Source: Camelus ferus
Lineage: Eukaryota
Reading direction: 5' to 3'
NCBI RefSeq assembly: GCF_009834535.1
Contig: NC_045697.1
Location: 3,412,001-3,476,000 of the forward strand
DNA: 64,000 nucleotides
In this document: positions 12,077 to 25,539 of the stretch, piece after piece
How positions within the stretch are numbered: the stretch's first letter is position 1
Layout of the letters: every line of letters starts with the position of its first letter
Made by a program: the position numbers and the translations under genes
The notes under the pieces: model-generated
Told to the model about the DNA's origin: nothing
Seen by the model: only the letters and a program-made list of their open reading frames with translations
The model's database searches: none

Positions 12077-13177
12077 GCATAGAGGGTGAGGACAGGTATT
12101 TATTTGATGGCTGGTTTGTCACAGGAAGACCAGTAGAACAGAAAACACTAGAAATGGAAGTCTTCTCAAAGGTCATGCACGGACAGCTGCTACCAACATG
12201 GGTGCTGCCACTCTATCCCTCTGGCACCTAAGTCGACACCACTGATCAATCAGGCCTCCTTCCCTAGTAAGGGCAGCCATACCCCTTGGATAAGCCACGT
12301 GACTTGCCGAATTCGTGAAAACCAGAGTATTTGCATATGAGGCGAGGAGGGGCATGATCAGCAGTTCTGTAACTTACAGACTACCACTGCCAAAGCTGGG
12401 TGGCAAACAAGTGCTAAAAATACGGATACAAAGCACTTTCCCTGGGCTTCCCTCTGCCTCGCCCTCAGTTTGTCCTGCACCTTCCACAGCGCCAGGGCTG
12501 CAGGGTGCACAGAGGGCAGGGCTGTAAGAACCCCGCCCAGGAGGGGGCCCAGCTCCGCCCTGACCTGGAGAATTACTTCTTCTCTCTGAGCTGCAGGCTG
12601 CTCACCTGGAGGCTGAGGACACCTGTGGCCTGAGCTGCTGTGTGCCTTTGGTGGGATAATAATCAACGTCATCAGCACCTGTCACGGAACCGGCAGTGGC
12701 TCGGCGCCCGACCCCACGCCCAGCAGCCTAGAAAGCACTGCACCCATTTGACCAGCAAGGCTCAGAGGGGCTCAGGAAATTTCCCCAAGCCCTGGTTCTG
12801 CCTCATTTGAGGACCTGTGTCTCCACTGCTGGGATGTAAGGGACCCGTTGTCAGGTGGCCGTGCTGTAAGCCCCACCGTCCTCTCCCCAGGGCTGCTGTA
12901 CCTGCCTGCTGCCTGTGCCAGCTGTACCATGCCCGTTGTCACCACCAGTGTCGCCCACCAGCACACACCTGCCCACAGTCCTCTGTCCAGGCCCTCACAT
13001 TGCACAGCTTCTTCCAATCCAAGAAGAAGCCCTTCAGCCCTTGGCATTTACTGGCCATGGATGGCAGTGGGACCAAAGAGGTGTGAGAGGATCCCAGTGG
13101 TGGCTGGCTCTCCACGGGCACAGAAACCGGTGTTCTCAGGTCCCTGCCAGCCCTGGGGCCCCGGGACACTGGGGTAG

Positions 13178-13662
13178 CGTATGAGTTTCCTGTGGTTGCT
13201 GTGCAAATGACAAGTTCACGGCTTAAAACCACACAGGTCTATTCTCTTACAGTTCTTGAGGCCTGAGTCCCAAATCAGTGTCAGTGGACTGAAGTCGAGC
13301 TGTGGGCAGGGCCGGTCCCTTGCTGATGGTCCCAGGGGAGAACCCACTCCCGGGCCCTCCCATCTTCAAAGTCAGCAGCACAGCGACGGACGGGACCGCT
13401 GGTCTCCCCGCACCCTTCTCTGCCCCCGTCTCTCCCCAGTTCCCCCACCTCCCTGTGACCGTCTGCTTGCACTGTCACATCTCCTCTGATCCTCCTGCCC
13501 CCCTCTTAGCAGGATTACTGTGACCACAGTCGTCTACAGGATGATCAGGGATAACCTCCCATCTCCAGCTCCTTAGCTCAGCCACGTCTGCACAGTCCCC
13601 TCTGCCACACGCAGTGTGTATGCACAGGTTCCAGTGATTAGGATGTGGACCTTGTTGGGGGG
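13178..13662 (-). mobile_element. MaLR solo LTR (MLT1D-like)
   Basis: Contains gtatgagtttcctgtggttgctgt, tattctcttacagttct and caggttccagtgattaggatgtggac. Confidence 0.82.
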
Positions 13663-16600
13663 TGGAGAGGTGCCTGCCCGAGCTGCTTTAGGGGAGGAGG
13701 GGCCCTGAGCGAGAGGAACAGGGGGGAGGGGCTGGGCTGGAAGGGACAGGCCTGCAGGCATGAGGTGAGGCTGGGGAGGTGAGCGGCAGGGGTTTCACAC
13801 GAAGAACAATAGGAGGTCAGGTGGCCCGGGCAGCGCTGCGCCCTGGAGGCTGAGGGATGCCAGGTCTGGGAGAGCTGGGCTGATGGTGAGGAGGCCACTG
13901 GGGTGAACCAGGCGTAAGTAAGGGGCGGCAGAGGAGATGGAGAGGGGCCCGGGGCACTGGCAGGAGTCCACAGCAGCTGGGGTTTGGAGGGCAAGGAAGA
14001 CCGAGGGCGAGGACCACACCGGGGCTTCTGCCGGGTGCCTGTGGGGATGCGGCACAGCCACAGATACAAGCCGTGAGAAGACCGGCTTACACATCAGGGC
14101 AGGAGTCGCTTTTGCAGCCTTGGGGTGGAGCCATGGCAGAGGCGGAGCTAAACTAAAGCAAGAACAGGTGCTGATGCAAAAATAAAAAACGTGGCAGAGG
14201 CTGGAGACGCTCTCGGCCCATCGGGCCCCTCGGAGACCCGGCCTCCCCCACTGCGGACATCACTTTCAGATTTAAGCTGTCTTTCGCAGGCTGGGGTCCT
14301 TCAAGCTTAGTAAGAGCCCCCTCTGCACAAGGATGGCACATCCTCTGCCACTATTCTCTAAGCACTTGAGTCTGAAGGGAAAAGGGATGAAATTCAGGCT
14401 GCAGCCAACAGCCTATCAGAAGCAGTTTTCTGAAGCCCTGATTCTTACTTAAAGGGGACGCTGAGCAGGGGCGCCGTGGAAAACCAGGATGGGAGGCCCA
14501 TGTCAGCATCCTCAACCTGGAGGCGGTGTCCCCTCCATCACCGGCTGTACTGGACACAGCTGCTGACCGTGCCACATGGCATGGTCACCCTGCATGCGTG
14601 GGTCCCCTTGGCAGAGTAGGTGTGGCCAGTGGTCCCTGGGGCCCTGCAGAAGAGGGTGGAGTCCCTGACACACGGGTGGGCAGCCCCCCAGGATGCCCAG
14701 AGTGGCCTTTTTCATGTTCTAGTTGACTTTTGGGTCGTGGTCTTCGGGGTGTGAGAATCTGCAGCACCGCAGAGGAGGGACTAAGCCCAGCGTCCCTTTC
14801 CCTCATGTTTTCCCAGAGGCAGAGGCCAGAGCCCGAGGACGCACTTCTGTGGAAGCAGGGCTTCTCTCCTCCTCCCGTCTCTCCCGCAGCAACCTAGGGG
14901 CGCTGAGGGGCAGTCGTTTCCGCGCATCAGCTGACTTTTCAAGGGGCTCACTCTGTTTCCGAGATGACAGCTCTGTCCACCGATAGCCCCATTTGAGCCA
15001 TTTTTCTCCTGGACAGGAGAGGCTGCCTGGCTCCCCGGGGAAACAGAGAATATCGCCGATTGGAAGTGAAGGCCCATTTAGCACAAGGTCGGTTTCCCAG
15101 CCTCCACAGGCCCCCGCTCCTGGCTGGTCTCCCCACCAGGCAGGGGCTCCCACCCTTGTAACTGGCCTGGGGACCTGGCCCCGCCCTGAGCACTGAGCCA
15201 GGGGAAGGGGGGTGAGGTCTGGGGATGGCAAGGGGCCTCCAGGAGCCCTGGCTTTGTTCTCAAAGAGCTGGGGAGCTGGGGACTGACACCCAACTCCATC
15301 TGCCTCCTCTTGTCAGCCAAGGCTGAGCAGAGAACTCCGGAGGCCTGTCCAGGCTAAGGAGAGCCCCCTGGGAGCCCACCTCATGGAATCAGAGCAGCAG
15401 CGGGCACACACGGCTCTTCCACACCACCAGCCCTGACCTCTGTCTCCCGCTCAGGCCTGACCACCCTGAGGGCCCCCTGGGCGCTACTTCTGCATGCCCC
15501 AGGCCAATGCAAACAGTGTGTCCCTTCCTGGGCTCTTCATGCTCCCACTAAGGTCTGCCATCTCTTCAAGGCTCCCTCATCTCAGGAAACAGCACCTGCA
15601 TTCACCCACTGCTCATGCCAGCAGGCTAGGAGCATCATCTAATCACAAAATCTCTCCTGACCATGCCCCTGCTCTGTGTCCCTGCCCTCCCCTGCTCTGT
15701 GAAACTGCCCACCCAGGTTCAAGCTCAGCAGTGCTCACCTGGACCCCACAGGTGTTGGAGCCACATGGATGCCCATCAGATGGCTGAATGAATGCATGGG
15801 TGGATGGGTGAATGGCTAGATGGATGGATGAAGAATTGACTCTCCTTTAGTCCACTCCAGTCTCACCACTGCAGCAAAAGAACTTTCTTAAAAGATGAGC
15901 AAACCAGCACATCCAATCTCATCCCTCGGACCCCTCAAGCCTGGGTACCCCCACCAGCGGTCTGCATGCATCTTGCCTGGAGAGTATCATTCAAGCATGA
16001 CCTCAATTTGCAAGTGTGCAGCACAGGGCGCCAGAATGTTCCTTGGTAGTGAAACAAAAATCTATAGCAGAAATGAAAATCAACAAGACCTGGACACCTC
16101 CCGTCCCAGAGAACTGATGCTGTGGGCGCCCAGCCTCCCTCACATCAGTGGAGCACACACCAAGAGGGTGCATCTGGTTGCTCCCCAAGGGTTTTCATGT
16201 GCAGGTGGCAGCCTCCATCCAGGCCCAGGTCCCAGGGTCCAGCAAGGTGTCCTGAATGTGAGCACTGTGTACGAGGGCACCACACCAGGGTACCCACAGC
16301 CCTGTGCCACAGGAGGCCAGATGCAGGTGTGGCCAGCTCTGCAGCAGCCGAGACCAGGTGTGGGTACCCTGAAGTTCAGTGTGCTTCTCAAGCTCATTTC
16401 CCAACAACAGGGAGATGGAGGTCCTCCCAGGGTGATGGGAGGATGGAGCAGGGGTCCAGGCTCATGCCTGACGGCACGTCCTGACAAACACACACGGTGG
16501 CAGCATGTCGGCCCTCTCACAGTGCCTGCCCCGTGCCAGGTGCTGTGCCCGCATGTCCGTGCACTGGGATGGCTCAGTGTCGGGGGGGCAGTCCCCTGGT

Positions 16601-17221
16601 GCTGTACAACACGGACACTGCATCCTGCCCTGGGGGTCAGGTGCTGTGTGACACCCTTCATCACCTCATTTCATACCCAAATTGCACCTCAGAGACCCAG
16701 GAGGGTGAGACACTGGGATCTGAACCCCCTCAAAGCCAGGTTCACCCCACTCTGTGCCTCGGCCCTTCCTCGTGGCACGTTCTTGGTCAAAGGCTTAGGC
16801 CAGAAAAGGGAGATGCTGGTCAATACTGGGGAGAAGATTTCAAAGCAAAACGCAACAGGTCGCCTAAGCATTTCAACTAGAGGAGAAACAAACAAAAAGA
16901 ACTCCCTGCTGCCTAGAACACTCCTCAAACATGAGCAGATCCTGGCTTTCCAAGCTCCTGGAAACAGCGTCTGGGGATCCCAGAAGATGCAGGGGCAGCA
17001 AGCCGGCCACCAGGCTGCTGCTCTCCACGTGGACCAGAAGGACAGAGTTACCCCCACCTAGGAGTTCTCTGAGTGCACACGGGGGTCTGGGGCAGCCATG
17101 TCCGTGGGCGGGGTTGACCTGGGCTCCTTCCTGAGGGCAGACCACCACCATGCACTGCTGGGGCCAAAATGAGGAAAGGAGGCAGAGATTGCGCTAAGAG
17201 GTCTGGTGGGATGCGAGGCGC

Positions 17222-17455
17222 GGGCTCCACAGCAGGGAAGGAGGTGGGGCTTCCATACTAGAGGGGGCAGGCTCTGCAACAGGGAGGGGCGTGGCCTCCA
17301 TGCTAGAGAGGCGGGACCTCAGCACTAGAGGGGGAGGAGCCTCTACATGGGGACGGGGCTTCACACCAGAAAGGGGAACATCCACAGAGGGGGCGGGGCC
17401 TCTACATTATCAGGGGCGGGGCTTCGCAACCGGGGCGGGGCCTCCACACCAGAGA
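17222..17455 (+). repeat. Degenerate ~20-23-nt G-rich minisatellite (GGGGCGGGGCCTCCACAC-like unit)
   Basis: Repeated gggg(c)ggggc(c/t)tc(c/t)aca units, about ten copies. Confidence 0.75.
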
Positions 17456-20400
17456 AGGAACTCAGGATTGGAGACCAGGTTCATAGGGTAAAAAGCCGGG
17501 AAACTGAGTAGAGAGACAGAGACAGAGGCAGGCACGGAGAGAGAGAGGATGAGCCCAGTAGCTGTTCTACACACATGGAACAGGAAAGATACCCAGAGAC
17601 AAAGCCTAGAAGAAGGTGCTTACTTCCGTGTTTTCATACCCTGGGAGGGTCCTGCGGAAGCAGTCCTGGCACAGGCTGCAGAGTAATTAACAAGCCAGCC
17701 TCTCCAGGCTACAGGACACACTTGTACCAGGTGGGGCAGCAGGGGCTGGAGGCGGTACCACCCGCCTCCCTTGTGAGGGCTCTGAGGTCCGGAGAGCCTG
17801 GCTAAACCGCGGCACTGGGGCTTGAACTCGGCTACCAGGCCTGTGCCCTTTCCCTTAGTTTCCACCCACTGGAGGGGGAGGCCTTGGTGACCCTAAGAAC
17901 AGGCTGTTTGGTTTCAGAACAGAACTGCTCGAAGGTGGACCAGGCAGTGGGAAGGGAAGCAGTGAAGAGGTCGCCTGGGCCTGGGTGCAAATCCTGACTT
18001 GGTTGGCCAATGGCGTGTGGCCTTGGAGAAGCTCCTGGACCTGTCTGACCACGGTCCCTTCGCCTTTGAGACGGTGCTCCAGTCCTTACCTTGCAGGGAG
18101 TTGCAAGGATCAGAGTGTTCATGACGCTCCTAACACAGTTCCTGATACGTGAAGAGACTTTGGATCTCAGGCCATTCTTCATCACGACCAGGGCGGCCTC
18201 TTCCCAGCAATGATCTGCTCTCTGCGACACTGAGTTTCTCGGAGGCAGGATTTTGGCCTGATTCATTTTTCCATCCTGAGTGCTTGGCACACGGCAGTGT
18301 CTCAAAACATCTCGGGTGAGTGAGCAGAATGAACGAATAGGTGAACTGATGGAGCTTTTGTTCTAACCCTGTGCTTCTTAAATTAGGAGTCCTGTGCCCG
18401 GGAGCGCCCACGCTCGTGGCTGGTCCAAGGGGTCCTGAGGCTTAAAACAGACGCATTCTCCTGGGTCATCAGGTTGACAAAGACTTTTTGTTGAAAATGT
18501 GTATGTGCATGTATGTGTGTGTGTAGTGTGTGTGTGTCTGTGTGTGATTTTAGTATTCAAACCAACACGGCTATATCATGAAGTAAAGTGGAAATTCACA
18601 TTAATTTTTAATATAAACCATGACACCTGAAAGTAATTCCGTGTCCCAGCCAGCTCCCCCAGGCCATGCCACCACACCATCTCCCCAAGCCACGGTGTTC
18701 TGATCGTCAAGTCAGAGATGTGCTGCTCCAAAGCTGAACTGGGACTTCAGACAGCGTGGGAGGCACACAAAGGGTGCTGGGGGATCATCAGGGCCCCCAG
18801 GGTCCTGGGGCACGCCACAACAGTAGTGGAATGCCCTGTCTGTGGGCTGCAAGGTGGGAAACTCTGATTATACTACAGGCGAGGCGAAAATAAAAGGGAA
18901 TTCATTTTGTAAGACAGGCTGCAAAGTGGTCTCTTAAGAAGCTATAAAGTGCTGCTTAGCCCGTAATTGTTGCTAAATGGACTCCTAATAGCATTCACAG
19001 CCTCCTGCAAAACCTGTCCATTACCCATAGCTGGAGAGGCAGACCCTCCGCACATGCTCACACGGGCGCCGCTGCAAGTAAGGGACCTGATCTCTTCCAG
19101 ATCAGACTCACTCCGCTGTGAATCCTCTCCCACTGGAGGCTAACTTTGGCCCCTTTTCTTATTCCTCCCACAAAAGGCAGCAGGAGGGCTTCAGTTTCCC
19201 AGGGCTCCCCCAGAACCTCAAAGGTTCAAGAAAGTTTGACTTGTTTGTCCAGTTCCCTTCACATCCCAGTGCCCAGCAGAGGATCCCAGCACACAGTAGG
19301 TGCTTAATCTGTATCTGATATGTACAAGATTGGATTTAAGGGTTCTCTCTCTCTCCAGCTCCAAGCACGCAGCCTGGCGCACAGCAGGGCCTCGACCCAC
19401 ATCTGCTGAATGGATGGGGCTCAGTGTTGAGATGGAGCTCAGAGACCTCATGGAACTTGACCTCTTGCAGAGGAGGAGCCAAGACACGCACAAGACAGAG
19501 CAGAGTCCTGGGTTCCGCCCACATGTATCTCAGTCCCCAGCTGCTGCTCTTCTGCCAAGAGGAGACCAGCAGTGTCCAGAATGCTGGAGCTAGAAGGGGC
19601 TTTGGAGAAATCCAGTTCAGCCTCTTCATCTTATGGATGGGGAAACTGAAGCCTGAGGAAGAAATAGGATCTGACCAGAATCACACAGCTCAGCCGTGGT
19701 CAGTTAGGGCTCCATCTTCAGAGCTGCCAACTTCTCACCTCCAGCAAAGTGGGGCTGGGCTGGGCTTGTATAGACGTGGGGAACCCCATCTGCTCCCTGG
19801 AACTTTGCTGCAGGGCGCCTGGGGAGCTCAGGGGATGACAGAGGGTGCTGCGGCATCTGGCAGACCTGGGTTCAAATCTCGGCTCACTCAGCTCTCCTGG
19901 CCAGTGAAGAAGAGCTGTGCCTGATTCCGGGCTGGGGTGCTTCCTGGGCATTTGCCTTGCTCCCCTCAAGAAGAAACCACTGTAGCTCAGAGGGAGGGGG
20001 GCCCTCAAGAAAGGTGCAGAGTTCACGGCAGAACAAGGGTTTCGATTCCAGTTCCATCTCTGGAACAGAGCCCAACATGGGGTGAGGACAGCTGGGGGAG
20101 CAGGTGGGGCTGAGGATGTGGGTGCTGTAGGTATGGTGGGGGTAGGGGGGTCAAGTCTGTTCGTCAGGAAGCTCTTTACAGCAGTAAAAGTCAAGGAAAG
20201 AGTAGAGGGGTGGGGGAAGATTTGCTTTGGAGAACTGACATCCCATTAAAAAGTGCCACAAAGACCACCTGGACAGCCCCCCATGAACGGCAGTGCACAT
20301 CAGTCCTCATGTTCATTTAACTCGGCGATGTGGCCTTGGCCCCTGCAGAGCCTGCCAAGTTCATGCGCACACCGACTCCACTGAGCCCGGTAATCTGTGT

Positions 20401-20536
20401 CAGCGTAACCATCCAGCCCTCCGGTGCCCTCCCCATCGAGCCGTCTGGCGTTGGCGACTCCCTTTCTGGGTGCTTGTCAGTCTACAGAGGTTTTCCCGGA
20501 CTCTGCGCTGCTCCAACCTTTCCATTAAAGTCACCG

Positions 20537-21073
20537 TGAGACAGGAAGGAAGGAAAGGGGCAGGGCACAGTCGTTAAAGGAATGACAGCAATTAGCACCA
20601 AGATGGCAGGAAAGTCAACTCCCAATACACCTGGAAGCCCAGGATGACAGGAGATTTGACCCCTGGTGGACCTTGAGCTACATTAGACGTATTGTAATGT
20701 ACTAGCCCGGTGAGTGACACACCCACAGATGCCAGGACAGTTCCGAGAATGACCATGGAAGGTCAAAGGGCGGTGGCCCAATTCCTGGGAATCCCGCCTC
20801 TTCCCCAAAGTAGCTGGAACAATCCTCTCACGTGTTAGCACATGAAAACCAGCAACACCACACCTCACTCTCTTGCCTTCCGAGAGGCCCACACTTTGTC
20901 TATGGAGGGTACATCTCTCTAAATAAATCTACTTTTACTCAACTGTGGCTCGCTCTTGAATTCTTTCCTTCGCAAAGCCAAGGACTCTCACTCACAGGGC
21001 GTGTCCCAGGGACTCAGCTGAGACTGGGACATGGCCATCCCCTCGCCACCCTCCCCCATTTTTTCCTGTATCA
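20537..21073 (+). mobile_element. ERV1 solo LTR, MER41-like (artiodactyl type)
   Basis: It begins TGAGACAGG and ends CCTGTATCA, with a 4-bp TSD ACCG/ACTG (one CpG-type change) and AATAAA at ~20922. The internal segment aatgaccatggaaggtcaaagggcggtggcccaattcctgggaatcc resembles the MER41 family. Confidence 0.82.
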
Positions 21074-21813
21074 ACTGTCAGAACATCTATCGGTCCCTGC
21101 TTTGTAAAAGCAAGTGCCAGGCTCTGGGTTCCAGTCCCTGATGTCACGATTCTCTGTGTGAGATGTGGCAACATCCCCTTTCCCAGGAGGACTCTGATCT
21201 GGATGGAGTTAAGTGTGTAGCATGGCGCTGCCCAGGGCCCTTCCTCTGACCTCATCCTGGGGTCCCGAGGTGGCCAGGAGGCAACCATGGGTTTGCAAAA
21301 GGGCCTTCTCACGGAACCTGGTGGGGGTGGCAATAGCCTGGAAATGCCGAAGTCCCCTGCTCCACAGCCAGGCAGAGAGCAGAGGCAGGGGACACAATTA
21401 GACCAAGAGGACAGAAAGTAAAGCTCAGATGAAAAACCGAAGCCAGATCAAAGCCAAATCAGCAAAAAACAAACAAACAAAACCAATAAAAAATAACAAC
21501 AAAACAAACGCTGCAGCAGATCAGGACTGCTCATCACTGCTTTCCAAGGACTCCAACCCAAAAATAGATTCTCCCCTTGCTCTGCCTGGAAGGATTCTGC
21601 CACAAGGATGGGAGATAGAGGCACCAGGATTAGCTTTCTCCCCAGACCCAGCTGCTCCTTTAAAACTCATTCATCAAACTGGATCCAGGCGGAGCTGAGA
21701 AGGGTGGGAAAGGTAAATATCACACCCCGCCTCTGCCACCCTCTGTGCTCCCAGAGGAGCAAGGGGGTAGCGGCTTCCACTGTGCAGAGCGAGGTGCCCG
21801 GCGCAGCACGTAC

Positions 21814-21913
21814 CTTTCTCTTGTTAGTCGGGCAGATGTAGAAGTTGTCGATGACGGTGGTGACACCGGGCTGGAGGGTGAGCTTGGTGTAGGATGTCCC
21901 AAAATCCGAAGAC
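21814..21913 (-). CDS. SORCS2: SORCS2 internal coding exon (exon 3 by human numbering), part of the Vps10p beta-propeller
   Basis: The minus strand reads ...gctaacagctgtcatcctgtaccctag|G TCT TCG GAT TTT GGG ACA TCC TAC ... AAC AAG AGA AAG|gtacgt. The exon is 100 nt with a phase-2 start and phase-0 end, and translates to (R)SSDFGTSYTKLTLQPGVTTVIDNFYICPTNKRK, which I recognise as mammalian SORCS2. It has canonical AG/GT sites and a CTAAC branch point at 21935-21939. It is absent from the ORF track because it is short and has no ATG. Confidence 0.97.
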
Positions 21914-24359
21914 CTAGGGTACAGGATGACAGCTGTTAGCCACGTGCGGCTCCAAGTGCAGGTTTATCGAGCCTGCATGGTGTCCAGCACAGGCTGGGTG
22001 CCAGTGTGCGTGCAGGGCCCAGGGCACCCCTCTGTGTAGTCCTCTTCCCCCGCACCGGAGCTGCATGTCCCAGCGACCCGGGAGGAGGCCGGGGCTCCCG
22101 CGGGATGCCCAGGACTTGCCCAGGTCTGGAGCTGGGAGGTGGGGTCAGCCTTCCCAGCACACCACCTCCCCGTCAGCGTTCCAGAGTGCTCTGCCCTGTC
22201 CACAGTTTATGTTAGCTTTACTCTGCCGTACCTCAGGGGTTATGAAGGGTCTCACATGTGCCGGCCACGTCTAGGTCCGCCCATCTGTTTGATTCCTCGA
22301 AAAGCCCTGACAGATTATATCCCTGTGTCCATCTGGCAGGTGACCAGAGGGCAAGGCAGAGGCTCAGAGGGGCCAGGCTCCTGCCTGATGTCACTCAGCT
22401 AACAAGTGGCCAACGTAGAATGTGAGCCCTGGCCCATCCCACAAACAACTGGCATCCTGTTTGCTCTACAGAGCGTTCCGCGCTGCTCCGACGCCTCGTA
22501 GTGCCCTGTCTGCTTGTCCGTTCCCCTCCCTGGACCCTGAGCTCCTCCAGAGGGCCACAGCCCCCATGCTGAGCACGTGCGCCCACAGGACTGCAGGGGA
22601 CAGTAGGCTGCAGGGAGTTCCGGCGCTGCTGGAAGTCAGACCCCAGTCAGACACCCTCTGGACTCGGCAGGACCTTGGGCCAGTCCCTCCCATCTGCCTG
22701 AGGGCCCGCTTTCCCGCCGGTATCGCCAGGGCTGCAGGAGATCTCCCAGCTCTAACCTCAGCCCACAGCGGCCACAGGGGAGAAGCCATTAAGGGCAATT
22801 TCACATCTGCTGTTTGGAAGCGACCAATTCATCAGGATGTGGAATTAATTCCACGTTGAAGCTTAAAGTCGCGGCGACCCTGAAACCAGCACCCCTTGTT
22901 AGCATCTGGTTAAAACGTGCGTGACTGCAGAGCTGGACGCACGCCCAGGCCCGGGCCGCACTTCCAGTCCCACCCCTAAACCAGGGGTGTGAGTTCCAGA
23001 GACCTTCGTGTGGTCTCAGGACCCTCCCAGAGCTTCCTCGTCTTCTAACGGGCTAGGAAAGTCACCCCAAGGCGGGGACAGGGACAGGAGTGGGAGCCCA
23101 CGGTGACTGGGGCTGGCTGCACTGGCATCCCTTGGGCCTGTCCGTCTGTCTAACCACCGCTGAGACCAGACTGAGCTCCAGGAGCTGCACTCCAGGGCGG
23201 GGGGGCGGGCATTCCCAGCTGCAGTCCGGTCCTCAGACCCCAGCACTTTGTGGGGCCTGGCAGCCCCTTCCCCTCTCTGGGCCCACCGAGGGCTGGACCA
23301 GGTAGACATCTCAGACCCTCCCAGTGTGTCCTGCAGGCCTGGGGCAGGCCTAGAGCTGCTTAGCACACACGCCATGCACCACTGGCAGTGTTTTAATTCC
23401 ATTCCGTAATGCACCCTCAGTGCTCTCTACAGGCGTATATTTCCTCCCAGAATCTTCAAGTGAAACCGAGGCTCCGGGAAGATGGGCTGAGTTGATTGTT
23501 CTCAGTGGCTCCATGTCCCCACAGGTCAGGTCCCTCACAGGACTCAGGCCAGGACAGAGGGCAGCCCTGCCCCCTGACTCCCAGGGAACCCCAGCAGGGC
23601 CAGCCCTCCCCCAGGGGGCCTAGAACTGGATCCTTCGGGCCTCTGTGGGCCCCTGGCCTCCCCAGGGAGGGCCTGCAGGAAAGAACAAAGCAGCTCCCCC
23701 ACTGCCCGAGGTGAATTAGGGAAACACTTACTCTCAAAACCTCAGAAAATTGATTTGCTTTGGGATGGAGAGAGCCCATTAGCAGAGGATCGACCCAGAG
23801 ACCCAGGAAGTTGCAGAAGCCCCACAGAACAGAGCTGTGCTTACCAGCTGGATGCATGAAAACCTCTGCACCCGTGGGTCCCCTCCCCACCCCTCCCACC
23901 CGACAAGCCCCCGACTGATTCTGCCTCCCAGACACCCTGAAGGCCACCCCTTACCTCCATCCCTGACACCCACCTGCCCTGCCCAGCCTGTCTCCCCAGA
24001 TCCAGCCTACCCCGTGACCCCCTGCCGGTGGCTGCAGCAGCCTCCTCACACCGGCTCACTCAGACGCACCTGCCAGTGTGGGCCTGCGGCAGGGAGCACG
24101 GGGGGGGGGGGGCCTCCGCCCAGGAACATCCATTCTATGGGGCCAGAGAAGGAAGGCGATAAACAGATAAGCAAAAATGTAACTGTGTCAAAGGCCATCA
24201 GGGCTGGGAAGAAGAATGAACAGGATAGGGGGGTGGAGGGGCAGGGGGATTGCTGTCTCAGGGAGTCGGCGTGGAGGCCACTCAGACACGATGATGCCTG
24301 GGCGGAGCTGGGAAAGGACGGAGGAGAGACTGCTACGTGCCTGGCTGGGGGAAGCCACC

Positions 24360-24784
24360 TGCACTAGGGTTAAGTAACGTCTCCCTAAAATTCCTGTCTA
24401 CCCAGAACCCGTGAATGTGACCTTGACTTGCAGACAGGTTCTTTGCAGGTGTAATAAAGTTAAGACGAAGTCCTACCAGAGTAGGATGGGCTCTAATTCA
24501 ACGACTGGTGTCCTACAAAGGAGGCCTGGGCAGACACCTAGACTCACCAGGAGAATGCCACGTGACAATGGAGACAGACTGGGGATGCCCAAGATTGCCA
24601 GCCACCACCAGAAGCGAGGAGAGAGGAAAAGGACAGATTCTCCCCTAGGGCCTCCAGAAGGAGCTGACCCTGCTGACACCCGGACCCCAGGCTTCCAGCC
24701 TCCAGACTGTGGACAACAGATTTCCATTGTCTAAAGCTGACCCCTGTGTGGGACTTTGTCACAGCCGCCCAAGGAACTCATACA
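24360..24784 (+). mobile_element. MaLR solo LTR (MLT1C-like)
   Basis: Contains cagaacccgtgaatgtgaccttg, gactggtgtcct, acagattctccc..agcctccagaagg and cctgctgacacc, and ends in aggaactcataca. Confidence 0.85.
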
Positions 24785-25539
24785 GCATTCCAGGTAGCGG
24801 GGGGAGCAGGTGCAAAGGCCCTGAGGACAAGGTCGCCCTCCTTTCTCCTCTCTTGAAAGGGGAGGAGGGATCTGTTTAAAGCAAAATCCTGCCACTGCGT
24901 CGTCAGCTATCAAGCGGTCAGGGACTCCTCACCCTTCAGGATAATGCAAATCCAATTCCCTCAGTAGCCATTAGCCCCAAGTTCCAGGCCACCTGCCAGA
25001 GACTGAGGACATCATTCATTCATTCATTCACTCCTTCATTCAACATTTGTTCAGCTCTTTTGTGCTTTAAGTTTCACACTAGGACTGGGAACTCAAATTT
25101 CTTTGTTCAAATTCATTGCTGTCACACATGTCTATTGAATATCTACTGTGTGCCGGTCACTTCATTCCATAGTGAGCAAGACAGACACTGTCCTGTCCCT
25201 TGGGGATGACAGGCTGGCTGGTGAGACAGAGAGCAAACAGATCGTTCCAGGTAAGCAATGATGCCAGTGGAGACGTCCAGAGAACGCTGGGAGACTCTAG
25301 GGGGCCGTCAAACTGCCCTGAGCCAGGGGCCATCGTCAGCTCTCTCACCCCCACGGCCCAGCTAATCCAATGCCCCATCTTGCTGAGTCCTCCTCCTAAA
25401 TTGCTTGTACTCCACGCCAACACCTCCATCACCCCCAGGGCAGGCCCTCTTCATCTCCCACCGTCCCCGGGGGTCCCGGTGGATGACAGGCTCAGAGGAG
25501 AGGAAGGCTGATGCCGGCTGGGCAGACTTCAAGGAGGGG

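Larger units (their letters stand above)
1..21813 (-). other. SORCS2: SORCS2 intron downstream of the exon (intron 3), partial
   Basis: The next expected peptide (VILVSSS...) was not found in 1-21813. Confidence 0.85.

Noticed and set aside
15895..17061. 388-aa plus-strand ORF, the longest in the track
   Set aside because: It has no recognisable domain and a Pro/Gly/Arg/Cys composition typical of GC-rich non-coding DNA. It runs through MIR-like sequence (~16640-16740) and is antisense within an intron. BLASTP/PhyloCSF would be decisive, and I expect a negative result.
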